Shown: in pieces, positions 34,851-52,959 of the stretch
Position numbering within the stretch: the stretch's first letter is position 1
Layout: every line of letters starts with the position of its first letter
DNA from: the human T2T-CHM13v2.0 reference genome, Homo sapiens
Assembly (NCBI RefSeq): GCF_009914755.1
Contig: NC_060931.1
Direction: 5' to 3' (one strand)
DNA: 64,000 bases
Made by a program: the position numbers and the translations under genes
Notes under the pieces: model-generated
What the model was told of the DNA's origin: nothing
What the model saw: the letters and a program-made list of their open reading frames with translations, nothing else
Database searches by the model: none

Positions 34851-37800
34851 AATTGTCTCCTTGCTTACATCAACTTTTTTTTATTTTAAAATATTTTTAT
34901 ATTAGTGTGTTTTACAAGAGTTCTAGTTTATTGGCACCTTTTTCTGTTAGTTTAGTACTTTATTGGCAATATTTTTGTTTGTTTGCTTCTTTAATTTAGT
35001 GGTGGGTATGGGTTGCCCACAACACCAGAGAGGTTAGCTCTGATTTTGTGGTTTTCAACTTTTGTTTTTCTTTTTCTTTGCTGAAGATTGGCTATTTCTT
35101 TCACTTTGCCTTTTTAAAAAATCTCCCAAAACTATGTGTTTAGAAGACAGTCTCTTTAAGACATGCCTGTCTTTTAAAAGCATCTTTTACTGGCATACAC
35201 CTTCAATTTTCCCAGAAGTTTTCTGGGAATATGTGCTTATTCCTATCTGTAAGTTAGTCTATAACAAAGTTTCTATTAATATGCTCATGGGAAATGGTTA
35301 AGGTGCAATGTGGTACCAGAAAGACAGATTCTTAACTGATATACCAACATTAAATGATCTACCAACATTAAATGCCTTTATTGATTTTCATGCTATATAA
35401 ACACAAATTCTTTCCAGTTAGCAGAAGTGACTATCCATTTTTACCTCTTCAATGGTATTAATATTAGTCATGCACCAGCTATCGTACTGTGTGTTGGCTT
35501 TAATAATGTGACGTGGTCCTGATTCTGGCAAACAGTGCCCAGAAAGTGGCTTTTTCAAAAACATGATCCTGCCATGGTGTCTTTCTTCTTTACAGTTGTC
35601 TACTAGACTGTGTCTTTGATAACTAAGATGCTTTTTAAATATATATGTTTGTAATTTGATGATTAAAATAATTAGACTGTCTAAAGCTGTTTGTCCCATT
35701 GAAGACAATCATGCAGTTAAAAAATATCTGATGGAAAGCTAACACATATTAACAATAAATAAAAATTGTACTGAAATAAATACAAATATAAAAATAATTT
35801 ACAAAATACAATTTTCAAATGATCTTCATTTAAAAGAAAAACCTAATGTGAGAAAATTACATCTAATTAAAGGCTTTAGACATTTTCTCAGAGTATATTT
35901 CAAGTAAATTCTACCTTAACATACATTATTGACATTTTATAAAGGGATATGCTTGCAAATATTGAAACACAAAAATAGATATATTCAAAAGTTTTTCAGG
36001 GGGCAGCCACTTTTTACTAACTATCTGTTTGATTAAAATACAAACTATATCACTTTTAAATTAATAAAACATATTTATAAATTTGAATTGTATAATAAAA
36101 CAAATCAAGATTATCATCATATCTGCCCTAATGGTGTGTGTTAAATAAAACTGTTAAAATTATTAAATGTGTGTTAAGCGTGTATACAAAGCACTGCATA
36201 ATTTTATATCCCAAAGGGTGTTTAAATCATCTTTTACTGTATTACTCAAGTATCTCCACAGTAAAGACATATGTCAAAACAAACTCTCGGTGCACAAAAC
36301 AAGGGACTTTTATAATGGTATTAGAAGATTCTGCAAAGTATAAGCCTAACTACCAAAAAGGAAATTTTTCTTACTTTTTGAATTAATTAACTTTAATAAA
36401 CTTCTATTTTCAAGCAGGTATAATTTATATATATTCAAGCAATTTCAGAAATGTCGCTTGGGATCATTGGAACATAGAACACCTTTTCTATTCCCTGATT
36501 ATTCATCCATGGTCTTGCTAATTAAAGAATCATTCTACTTACAAGAGGACTGACTCAATCTGCTGTCCTGATTTCTTCAGACTACTCTACATGGCTTTTC
36601 TTCCCCTTTCTTTGTTCTGTCTCTGTCCCGCTTATTCTCTCATGGCTCTCTTAATTACATTCTGTTCCAGTGAAATATATCTTCATTCCACTATCTGTAT
36701 TTTCTAATTAAATTTTATTTTAAGTTATATTTGTGCCCTGTTTCAATTAAATATTGCAAAGGAAGTCAGGATTGAGAAGAGACCTAGAAGCAAGTAAGAA
36801 ATATGTGAGTAATATTTCCAGATAATCTATACTATTCCTTAAATGATAAATGAAAATTATAAAAGTATCCTAGAGATGTAGGTTAAATAAAAAACATATG
36901 AATTATTTTCAGAACATTAGATATTGGATCAAAAGGTACAACCAAAGGTGGCATCAAATTAAATTCAATGTTTTTCAACCCAAGAAAAAAATAAACAAAT
37001 CGTAGAGACATCTTTCATTTTCCCACATTTAACCTCAAAGTAGGCTTTTCAGTTGAAGAGCGGTTGCCATTCATGTGAAGAACATTCCTTGCTATCCGTT
37101 GTGATACTATTATTATACTCTAAGTTAATTGACAAATCTTGAATTAGAAACAAACATTGGGAAAATTAATATGGAAGGGTATTGTTTTCTAACCTATGGC
37201 CATTAAATAATCAGTATTCTTAGACTGAGTATAAGTTACAATTTTAGGCCACAGTTTAACATTTTGTAAATAGTAACTATCCCAGCTTATTATGGTTGTA
37301 CATTAATTCCTGTGACCCTTGGTATGTTTATCTTGTCATTTTCCTCTCTTTCATATATATACCCTATACTAATGATGAAGTAATTTTTTGAACAGAATAC
37401 GTAAAGAGCAAAACAAAATATTTTACCTATCGACTATTCGCAAGCTGAGTACTCCAATTTCTACAGTCCTCTCAGCTAACAATTGAGCTTTGATCAATAG
37501 TAATAGAATTAAACCCTGAGATAAAATAAACACAAATTCTATCCTATAGTAAGAAAAAGAGTTATTATATGAAATACTTTGATTTTGGCAACATTTATCC
37601 AATTTTATTTTCTGTCACTATGATACATAAATCTTTTGTTTTTTCAAATTTCACCTTTACAATTTTAGTCATTTCTCTTGTTGCAACACCTAAAGAATTG
37701 GTAAACATTATAGATGATTTAAAACAAACATTTTATCTTGCAGGCATAATTTAAAAAGTTCAACTTTCTCTCTCTCTTTCTCTCTCTCTCCATATATATA

Positions 37801-39089
37801 TATGGCCATAAAACATATTGAATCTGGTGACCCACATGAATTTCAAAATTGTTTTGTAAGATGTATGACTTGCTTTATCTTAAAATTCTATCTTTTGGGT
37901 AAGAAATAAAACCAGCAATGTAATTTAAATAAACCAACAGTAAATAATATTTAAAATATAATTAAACATTAAAACATAAAAAGGTCAATCTTTTCTAAAA
38001 TTTAGAGTTTCTCTACATGTAAGGCTAATTAACATTATTTCAAGTAATAATTAGTAGTCAGCAGTATATTTTACTTTCCACAAATCATGCTGTAATGTCA
38101 ACAGAACTTAATTCAGTTTTGAAGACTTGTGTTGATCTTTACCATTACACTGAAATATAGTGTTAACTGTGAGGTCATGGTCAGGTGACTTCATCTATGT
38201 CTTTTTTCTATCTTAAAATACTTATGAGAGACCTCTGCTTCAAGACAGAATGTTCTAGCAGTTAAACACTCATACTGACTTATAGAGAAAACTATGGGTT
38301 TTATCTTAAAGACATATTTAAAGGCATCCAGAGAGCTATGAAAAAAAATGTTAAATGAACTAAAATTCCAGAAAGGGAAAATATCTTCTGAGGTGAGCTA
38401 AGCAACATGCAGCCACTTCTATTTTAAATAAGTGTGTCAGAGCTTCTTGGATTTGGGCTAAAACTCTTGCTTTGGTAGAGAAAGTAAGCTGATAGAGCAA
38501 GAAGAAATAACTCTTAGAGGTTCTGTAGAGATGGAGCAAAAAACGCTGGATATGAAAGAAATCTCAAGTAAATACACTATCAGTCCTATCATTAATTTAT
38601 TTGCTATAATTTAAAGGCTGAAAATCCCAAAAGCTAAAGAGTTAAGCTGAAAATATCTAATGGGCAGAACTGAATTTCCCACAGTCTTTCAGGAACAAGT
38701 AGGAAAAGCAAAGGAAAACAAACAAACAAATAAAAACAAACAACAGATCCTGCCAGCCTCTTAAAAATAAGGAGGAGAAAATCTAAACTTACCAAGGCTG
38801 TATTTTTGCCAAGACCTAGCTCAATCTGAAGCTTTATCAATGTGCTCAGATTCTCATTGTGTTTGTATAATGGAGGAAAAGAGGGATGTTCCCTGGTAGA
38901 TGATAACATTATTGGGGCCTCCATAGTTCTTCTATACAAGGTGCATAGATATGGTTAAGAATTGTCAAACATGCAAAGAAACAAAGATATATTGACTACC
39001 AAGTATAAAAACATACAGGATCATTAACATAACAAATAATGCAGGAAGTAATGTTAAAAAATGACTTTGAAATAACTAAAAATAATATA

Positions 39090-41454
39090 CAGGCATGTCT
39101 CAGATATATTGTGTGTTCAGTTCCAGATCGTTGCAATAAAGCTAATACTACAATAAAGTGAGCCACACATTTTTTTGGCTTCCCAGTTTAAATAATGCTG
39201 TGTTTACAATATAGTATTGTCTATTAAGTGTGCAATCACATTATGTCAAAAATGTACATACCTTAATTTAAAAATAGTATATTGCTAGAAAATGCTAATA
39301 AAAATCTGAGCCTACAGCAAATTGTAATCTTTTTGCTGATTAAAGGTCTTGCAATGATGGTGCCTGATTGATCAAAGCGGTCACTACTGAAAGTGAGGGT
39401 GGTTGTGGCAATTTTTAAAAATAAGACAACAAAGAAGTTTGCAGCATTGATTGACTCTTCCTTTCACAAAAGGTTCCTCTGTAGCATGCAATGCTGTTTG
39501 GTAGCATTTTACCCACAGTAGAACTCCTTTGAAAATTGGAGTGAATCCTCTCAACCCCTACCACTGCTTAGTCAACAAAGTTTATATAATATTCAAAATC
39601 TGTGTTGTCATTTCAACAATGTTCACAGTATCTTCATTGGGAGATTTATCTCAAGAAACCACCTTTTTTGCTCATTCATAAGAATCTTCTGATGCATTAA
39701 AGCTTTATCTTGAGATTGCAGCAATTCAGTCACGTCTTCAGGATCCACTTCTAATTCTACTTCTCTTATTTCCAACACATCTGTAGTTAATTTCTGTACT
39801 GAAGGCTTGATTCTCTTAAAGTCTTCCATTGGAGTTGAAATCAATTTATCCCAAGCTCCAGTTAGTATTGTTATTTTGGCCTCCTCTCATGAATCATGAA
39901 TTTTCTTAATGGCATCTAAAATGGTTGAATCCTTTTTAGAAGGTTTTATATTAACTTTGTCCAGATCCCCCAGAGAAATCACTATCTATGGCAGCTATAA
40001 TCTTACCAAATGTATTTCTTAAATAAAAGGACTTTAAAGTTGAAATTACTCCTGATTCATGGGCTGCAGAATGGATGTTGTGCTATCAGGCATGAAAACA
40101 ACATTAGTCTCCTTGTGCATCTTCATCAGAGCTCTCAGGTGTCTACGTGCATGGTCAATGAACAGTAATATTTTGAAAAAAAAAGAAAAAAAAAAAACCT
40201 TTGTTTCTGAGAAGTACTCTCCAAAATGTGCTTAATATATTCAGTAAACCATGCTGTAAATAGATGTGTTGTCATCCAGAATTTATTGTTCCATTTCTAG
40301 AGCACAGCTAAAGTTAAATTAGCATAATTTTTAAGAGGCCTAAAATTTTTAGAATGACAAATGAGCACTGGCTTCAACTTTATTTGACCAGCTGTGTTAG
40401 CCCCTAACAAGTGAGTCAGAATATGCTTTGAGGGTTGAAACTAAGCATTGACTTCTCCTCTCTAGCTATGAAAGTCCTAAATGACAAATTCTTCCAAAAG
40501 AAGGTTGTTTTATCTACATTATAAATCTTTGATGTAGCTACCTTCATAAATTATCTTAGCTAGGTTTTCTGGATAACTTGCTGCAATTTCTACATCAGCA
40601 CTTGCTGGTTCTCCTTGCAGTTTTATGATATACAGATGGATTTTTCTTTTAAAACCTCATGAATCAACCTTTGCTAGCTTTCAACTTTCCTTCTGCAGCT
40701 TCCTTACCTCTCCCAATCTTCATAGAATTGAAAAGAGTTAGGGTCTTCATTGAAGTTAGGCTTTGGCTTATAGGAATGTTGTGGCTGGATTTATCTTCTA
40801 TCCAGATCACTACAATTTCCTCTATTTCAACAATACGCTGTTTCATTTTCTTATCATTTGTGTCTTCACTGGGGCATCACTTTCAATTTTCTTTTTTTAT
40901 TCACAGCATGGCTAGCTATTTGGCACAAGAGGCCTAGATATCAACCTATTTTGGATTTTGGCATGCCTTCCTCATTAAGCTTAATCATTTATAGCTTTGA
41001 CATAAAGAGAGAGATGTGTGACTCTTCCCTTTACTTGAACACTTAGAGACTATTGTAGAGTTACTAACTGGCCTAAATCCAATATTGCTGTGTCTAGGGA
41101 ATAGGAAGACCTGAGGTGCCAGAGAGACATGGGGAAACAGCTGGTCACTGGAGCAGTCAGAACACATACAACATTTATTGATTAAGTTTGCCATCTTATA
41201 TGGGTGCAGTTTGTAGCATCCCAAAACAATTACGATAGCAATATGAAAGATCACCATAATAGATATAATAACAAAAATGGAAATATTGTGAGAATTATCA
41301 AAATATGATACATACACAAAGTGAGCACATGTTGTTGGAAAAATGACACCAATAGACTTATTCAATGCATGGTTGCTACAAAACTTCAATTTTTAAAAGT
41401 CACGATGTATGTGAAGCACAATAAAGAAAAGCGTGAAAAAATGAGGTATGCCTG
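39090..41454 (-). mobile_element. Tigger1 DNA transposon, near full length (2365 bp), transposase disrupted
   Basis: TIRs caggcatgtctc / gaggtatgcctg flanked by TA (39088-89, 41455-56); ORFs 40664-40846 ([18 protein letters not shown]...[21 protein letters not shown]-type HTH) and 39623-39844 (ELEVDPEDVTELLQS) match Tigger1 transposase. Confidence 0.95.
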
Positions 41455-42248
41455 TACAATAAAAACAACATAATGGAAAGTATATATAAAACACATAAAA
41501 GGATGGATGATTTTACCCAGCAATTAGCATTTATTTACAGAAAAGTCATTATAGAGCTAAAACTTATAATATTTGATATTATCAACTCAACAATGTCTTA
41601 AAGTAAGTTGATCAAAGCTAAACACAGGATTAGTCATCAGAAACATGAGCCAAAAAAAAAGGGTACCACCTGATGCTCTATGAGCAAAATAATGTAAAAA
41701 AATGATGTGTAAAAAATATGTAGAACATGCACAATAGGCTAAGAAATGTGTGGCTTCAAATACTAAGACCAGGATGGTATCTGGGACAGAAGCATTGTTA
41801 GAATATGTAACAGCAGAGGATTTTTCCAAAACTAAAAGACATCAACCTACAGATTCATCAACCTCATGGTATGCAGAGAGGTTTGGAATATTATAGAAAA
41901 ACTTTCAAGAACCAAAGTAAAAATGGGAAAACTTAAATGCAGCCTAGAGATTTAAGATGCCTTGCACTGACTGCACAACTCAACCAACGACAGCTGGAAG
42001 ACAATGGAATAACACATTTAAAGTACTGAAGGAAAATAACTGCTATAATTGTAAACCTAGTGAAATTTTCTCAAAAATGAAGATATAATAAAGATATTTG
42101 CAGACAAACAAAAATTGAAAAAAGTTATAAGTGATTCTGCATTAAAAACATATCCAAGGAAGTTCTTCTGGTAGAGGGTACATTTTAACAGTCCAAACCA
42201 ACTAAACTCAGGAGTATAATAAATAAAAGAAAGGTAGACATTGTATAT

Positions 42249-42285
42249 ATGTGTGTGTGTGTGTATGTGTGTGTGTGTGTGCGTG
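42249..42285. repeat. (TG)n microsatellite
   Basis: interrupted gtgtgt tract. Confidence 0.9.
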
Positions 42286-42536
42286 TAGCTATAGATAACT
42301 CCATATTCACTTAAATTGATTTAAATCAATATTGGCTTAATATTGACTTAACATCAATTTATGTACATAGTAGAGACTAAAATATGTGTGCTATTGAAAT
42401 ACGTGAAAATATAATGCAAAGTTGAAAGGAGTAATTGGACTTGAAGTGTTTCAATATTCTATTTTATCATAGGATCGTCAAAATAAATAATTTTCATTGA
42501 CTATAGTATTCAAGAATGAATATTGTATTTTTCAGG

Positions 42537-42757
42537 TAGTGGCTCTTGCTGAGGGGAAATTTTGTCCCCAAGGGATATTTGGTAATGTGTAAAACTCTCT
42601 TTTGGATGGAACAATGGGAGATGAAGTGCGTACTTAACAGGCATCTAGTGAGTAGAAGTCAGGAATACTTTTAAACATCATACAAAACACAATAGCACCC
42701 ACACAACAAAGAATTATTCAACTAAAATATCAACAGTACCAAGAATGAAATAATCTG
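42537..42757. mobile_element. MER20 (hAT-Charlie)
   Basis: tagtggctc...ggggaaattttgtccccaagggatatttggtaatgt...ggcatctagtgagtagaagtcagg...cacaacaaagaattatt. Confidence 0.85.
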
Positions 42758-43856
42758 CTGTAGGGTAACCACTAAATCATAACAAAAATGTGCAAGTAGC
42801 AAATGGACTACTAGAAAAATATGATAATAAAATATGTGATTAATACTATGACAGGGAGAAAGAGTAACAGAAAATAGGTGGGTTAAGGAGAAAACAAGTA
42901 GAAAAATGCTAAATATACAACGAACTATATTAGTAATTAAAATATATGTAGACTAACTATTCCAAATAAAAAAAAATAAGATTTGAGTCTGGGAAAACAG
43001 CATCACAATTATATGCATAATACAAGGCACACTCAAACTATAAAGATGTAGAAAGAATAAGCACAAATGTTCATTAAAAAACTATAATGAAAACTCTGAC
43101 CAAAGTTTATCTTTTTAGCTATACAAATGTAGACCCAGTAAATAATTAGGAAAAAAAATTAATTGAGAAAGATTGGCATTTCAAAATGATAAGAAAGTTA
43201 ATCCTACAGTAAGACATCACAATATTCAATCTATAAGCTTACAATAAATGGCTTCAAAGGATATTAATCATCACTTGGCAGAACTAAAAGAAAAAGTTAA
43301 ATAATCTACAATATGATCATGAATTATAAATGGACTTCTCTTAAAAAAATAAAAACAATTAATTAAGGTTTTAAAAGATCTGATAACACAATTGGGAAAC
43401 TTGAACTAGCTGACACTATAAAAATATATATTCAATTTCTACAGAATTCAAATGCTTTCAAGGGCCTATGGATTGTTTACCAAAGTCAACAATATGCTAG
43501 TTAGTAAGAAAAGCCGCAAAAAATATCAAAGGCTTTCAATCATTCAGAAGTTATTATTTGATACAACAGAGATCCTACTAGACATAGACGATTTAAAAAA
43601 AAATTTGAAAAGTCTCCTATTGCATATAGAATTATTATATAATCTATGGGTTAAGGAAGAAATTATAATTTAAATTATAAAAAACATTTCAAACCATTAT
43701 ATTTACATTTTCAGTTTTATAATAATATTCTGCTATGGATGAGTTCTTACATGGGTATATTAAGTTTTGCAAATTCATCATGCTTTATATTTGAGAACTA
43801 TAATTTTCTGCATGTATACATATATACATACAGTATTTGAATAGGAAGTTACTAAC

Positions 43857-44324
43857 TGTGATGGTTAATAATGATTGTCAATTTGATTGGATTGCAGGTT
43901 ACAAATACTGATCTTGGGTGTGTCTGTGAGGTTGCTGCCAAAGGAGATTAACATTTGAGTCAGTGAGCTGGGAAAGGCAGACCCACCCTTAATCTGGGTG
44001 GGCACGATCTAATCAGTTGCCAGTACGGCTAGAATATAGGCAGGCAGAAAAATGTGAAAAGGGAGAGTGAGCTAGCTTCCCAGCCTACATCGTTCTCCCA
44101 TGCTGGATGCTTCCTGCCCTCTAACATGGAACTCTAAGTTCTTCAGTTTTGAAAGTTGGAATGGCTCTCCTTGCTCCTAAGCCTGCAGACAGACTTTTGT
44201 AGGACCTTGTGATCATATGAGTTAATACTTAATAAACTCATATATATATATATATATGCAGTCCTCATATATGTAAAAATGTATTCCATTAGTTCTGTCT
44301 CTCTAGAGAAACCTGACTAATACA
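43857..44324 (+). mobile_element. HERV-L solo LTR, MLT2A1-like
   Basis: tgtgatggttaata...ccaaaggagattaacatttgagtcagtg...ctagagaaacctgactaataca; perfect 5-bp TSD ctaac (43852-43856 / 44325-44329). Confidence 0.93.
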
Positions 44325-45362
44325 CTAACAAATATAGTCTCAAATGTTATGTTACTCAATTTATGTATATAATTCAACTTTAAATCAAAATTAAATTGTC
44401 CAATTTATGAATTTGATTTAGCATTAATCTTAAGAAGAAAACGTTGCTCTAAAACCAATCTGATCTTATTCTACTTAGTACATTACCATTTAATGTATTC
44501 ATGTTCTGTTTTCTATGACTGTCTTACCCTATGTTTTTGTGTGTGTGTTTCTCTTACCTCTTTCATGGACATCTATTTTGAATTACTTCTTTTCTAAATT
44601 ATTGAATGTATTATTCCTATTGTGTTTTACTTTCCATTAGTGGCTACACTAAGGAATAAAACATGCATCACTTATTTATTACACTACAAGTTATTACTTT
44701 TACTGATTGATAGACAATACTAGAACTTTACATAATTTATCTCCATTTATCAGCTGACTGTCATGTTACTGTTGTTGACTATACTCATTCTATATTTATT
44801 TAGGCTTGAGATTATTTTTACTTCTGTTATGTTTTTAAGCTATATTAAGGTATAATTGCCAAATTTTAAAATGTATATATTTTTGGTGTACAACATGATG
44901 TTTTGATATATGTATAGATTACAAAATGAAGAAGTCAAGCTAAATAACATATCCATCTCCTCACATACTTAATCATTTTCTGTAGTAAAAACATTTAACA
45001 TCTACTCTTTTAACAATTTTCAGGTATAAATTATTATAATAAAAATACATTATTATTAACTATAGTCACCATGCTGTATAATAGATTTCCAAAACGTATT
45101 CATTCTGTTTAACTAAAACTTTCTAGCCTTTGACCAACTTCACCACATTTCTTCTTTTTCCCCTTCCAAGTCAATGTCAACCACTGTTCTATTTTCTGCT
45201 TTTACAAGTTTGACATTTTCAGATTTCACCTAAAAGTAAGCTCATGCAGAACTTATCTTTGTGTGCCTGGCTTATTTCACTTACAATAATGTCCTCCAGG
45301 TTTAATCATGTTTTTTACAAGTGACAGGATTTCCCTCTTCTTTAAGGCTGAATAGTATTCCA

Positions 45363-45363
<1 letters not shown>

Positions 45364-45411
<48 letters not shown>
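45364..45411. repeat. (CA)n microsatellite inside L1
   Basis: long cacaca tract with one aa interruption. Confidence 0.95.
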
Positions 45412-45412
<1 letters not shown>

Positions 45413-45480
45413 CAAATATTCCACATCCATTCATCCACTGATGGGCACTTATATTGATTCCATATCTTGGCTATTGTAAA

Positions 45481-45814
45481 TGTTAGAAGAAAAACTCCAG
45501 ACAAATTAAAATTAGTAGAGTTTGTTTCAACAAAAAATGATTCATGAATAGGGCAACACTCAGAAACAGGAGAGGTTCAGACAGCTATACCCAGCAATGT
45601 GAGTAGGCAGCATTTATAGGCAGAAAAAGGAAGTAACATACAAAAACAACTTGATTGGTTACAGCTCAACATTTGTCTTATTTGGTCATTATGTGACCAA
45701 TTGGCAGCCTGTGATTGGCTATGACTTAGCTATCTGTTACAAAAACATACTTTGTTAGGTTGCAGTTTGCTGTGTATAAAGGAAGGTTTAGGACAAATTT
45801 AATTTAATTTAATA
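45481..45814 (-). mobile_element. ERV1 solo LTR (MER57/MER93-like)
   Basis: tgttagaagaaaaactccagacaaattaaa...ttgattggttacagctc...gcctgtgattggct...tttaata; splits the L1 motif ggctattgt|gaataatgctgc. Confidence 0.75.
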
Positions 45815-45919
45815 TGAATAATGCTGCCATGAACCTGGGGGTGCAGCTATTTCTTTGGCATATTGATTTTGATTCCTCTAGATACATACTCAGAAGTAGA
45901 ATTGTTGAATCACATGCAA

Positions 45920-46515
45920 TAGTAGTTCCTCCTTATCCATCAGGTATACATTCCAAGACCTTCAGTGGATGCCTGAAACCGCAGATAGTATTAAACCCTA
46001 TATATACTACGCACAAATTTATTTTTTCCTTCTTCATAATTTCACAGAAGATTCAGTCTTACCATATATCTCATCAACCTCAGAATGTTTATTTTTTCCT
46101 TATTAAGTAGAGAACTTTCACTTTTTCACTAAAGAGAGCACTTTATGGCTTCTCTTTGGCATAACTGAATTATCAGCATCACTACTTTTGTGCTTTGCAG
46201 CTGTTAAAGTAAAATACTGGTCACTTAAACACAAGCACTGCAAAACACATCAGTTGATCTGATAATCAAGATGGCTACTAGGTGACTAATTGCACATAGC
46301 ACATACGGCATGCATATGCTAAACAAAGGGATAACTAATGTTCTGGGAGGGACAGAGTGGGACAGCATGAGAGTTTCTTACATTACTCAGAAAAACATTG
46401 AATTTAAAATTTATGAATTGTTTCAGGAATTGTATATTGAATATTTTAAAACTGAGGTTGACTGGGGATAACTGAGACAAGGGAAGCAAAAACCTGAAAG
46501 AGTGGAGATCTATTG
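45920..46515 (-). mobile_element. MER44 (Tigger7-derived) DNA transposon
   Basis: agtagttcctccttatcc...ttccaagaccttcagtggatgcctgaaaccgcagatagta; ctttatggcttctctttggcat; ends ctattg(ta). Confidence 0.85.
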
Positions 46516-47036
46516 TAATTCCATTTTATTTTTTTGAGAAATTTATTTACTGTTTTTTCATAATGAGTGCACTCATTTACATTCACACATGCAATGTATG
46601 AGTGTTCCTTTTTCTCCCCATCCTCACCAGCACTTGTTATTTTATTTTTATAATGAACATTCTAACTGGTGTGATAAAACATCTAATTTAGTTTTGAGTT
46701 ACACTTTTCTGATGATCCATGATTTTTAGATTTTCTCATGAATCTGGTAGTCATTTTTATGTTGTATTTTTTAAAAAATGTTGATTAAAGATGGGTTATT
46801 ATCTTGTCTTTGCTATTGAGTTGTAAGCTGTCGAATTTTTAAATGTATTTTAACTATTAACCATTTTTCCAACAAATTGTTTGCAAATATTTTTTCCATA
46901 CATTAGGTTGCTTTTTCACACTAATGCCAGTTCCTTTTGCTGTGTAAAAGCACTTTGGTTGATCTAATCTCATTTGTCTATTTTTACAATTGTTGTCTGT
47001 GTTATAGCAGTTACGTTCAAAGAAATCTTTTCCCAG

Positions 47037-49551
<2,515 letters not shown>

Positions 49552-50190
49552 CCCAGCAAGGGTGTATTAGCACCCAGTAAGGATGCTTTTTTTTTTTATT
49601 TTTCTTCTAGTACTTTTAGAGTATTACATCTTATGCTTAAGTCTTTATTCATTTTGAGTTGATTTTTATATATAATGTGAGATATGGGTCCAATATTATG
49701 CTTCTGCATGTGAATATCTAGTTTTCACAACACCATTTACTGAAGAGACTATCCTTTCCCCATTGTGTGTATTGGCAATTTTTTCAAACATCAATTGACC
49801 GTACATGCTGGATTTATTTCTGGCTTCTCTATCCTGTTCAACTGGTAGATATGTCTGTTTTTATGCTAGTCCCATGCTGTTTTATGACTATAGCTTTGCA
49901 GTATATCTGGAGATGAGGTAGTGTGATGTCTCCAGTTTTATTTTTTTACTCAATATTACTTTGGCTAGTTAGAGTGTTTGGTGGTTGGCTACATATTTTA
50001 TAATTATTTTTCTATTTCTATGAAAAATGCCATTGGGATGTTGAGAAGGATTGCATTTAGTCTGTACCAATTTGTGTAGTATGGATATTTTAACAATTAT
50101 AATTCTTCCAATTCATGAATGCAAAGTATTTTTCCACATATTTTTCTCCTTCAATTTTTTTCATCAATATTTTACAAGTTTAAGTGTATA

Positions 50191-52100
<1,910 letters not shown>

Positions 52101-52199
52101 AATGAACACAGAGAATGCTGTTTATTTGAGTCAAGAAAATAGGAAATAAGGACCCTTTATCATTCCCTAAAAATAGTATGCTGTTTTAAACTATATGTA

Positions 52200-52510
52200 T
52201 ATATACCCTTTGCCCAGGATGCCATCTCTCATGTTTTATTTTTTGCAATTTCCTCCTTATTTATCAAAATTCAAAGCCATTTTCTTCTTTACAAATATTA
52301 CTCTAGTAATCAAGCAGAGTTGATTTCTTCCATTGCCATAAATTGCACATATTATTGTACTTAGGTTGTTATATTATGATTATTTGTTTATATGTTTGTC
52401 TCCTCTGCTATATTTTTCATTACTTTAGAGAGGAACTGTGTCTTTTCAGCTCTTCAGCACCTAGCATACCTGGAAATATTAAGCTTTAAAAAATATGTTT
52501 TAATAAACAG
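52200..52510 (+). mobile_element. L2 3' fragment
   Basis: tgtttgtctcctctgcta...gaggaactgtgtctttt...cagcacctagcatacctgg. Confidence 0.55.
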
Positions 52511-52959
52511 TATGCACAGTCAGAAATAATTGGGCTTTTTTTAGATGTTTGGCAATTTTGAATCACAGTCCACAAAATTCCAGTGTCACCCACCCTCATT
52601 CCAATACCATTACAGAATGGTGATCAATAAACCTCAGTTACTCAAGCATCTAACTAATAATCAAACATTAGGGACAAACTCTCACTTTATAATTCCTGAC
52701 TGGTTACCAATAAAACTCTCACCCCCGGGCTGCATGGTTCTTCTGGATCTGGCAGCTCTGCGTCATTCTTACTATGCTTAGGAGATAGTAGAGTGTTCTT
52801 CAGCAAGGTTAGGCATCATGCAGCCAAATATATCTAAACATTTGCCTCTTCTCTCTGTGCCTCTGGAGGGCAATATGAAGATTCCCAGTGCTTTCCGAAC
52901 CCTACTGTCAAGTCCAAAGGACATAGGGAAAAGTGTGTCCTTTCAGTTAATGTTAACTA

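Larger units (their letters stand above)
38230..43850 (+). mobile_element. Old L1M (L1MC/ME-like) 5' region to ORF2 start plus 3'-end piece, interrupted by Tigger1 and MER20
   Basis: gctggaagacaatggaataacacatttaaagtactgaagg (ORF1); cattt caaaatgataagaaagttaatcctacagtaagacatcacaat (EN domain); ORF 43452-43673 resembles a decayed EN C-terminus. Confidence 0.65.
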
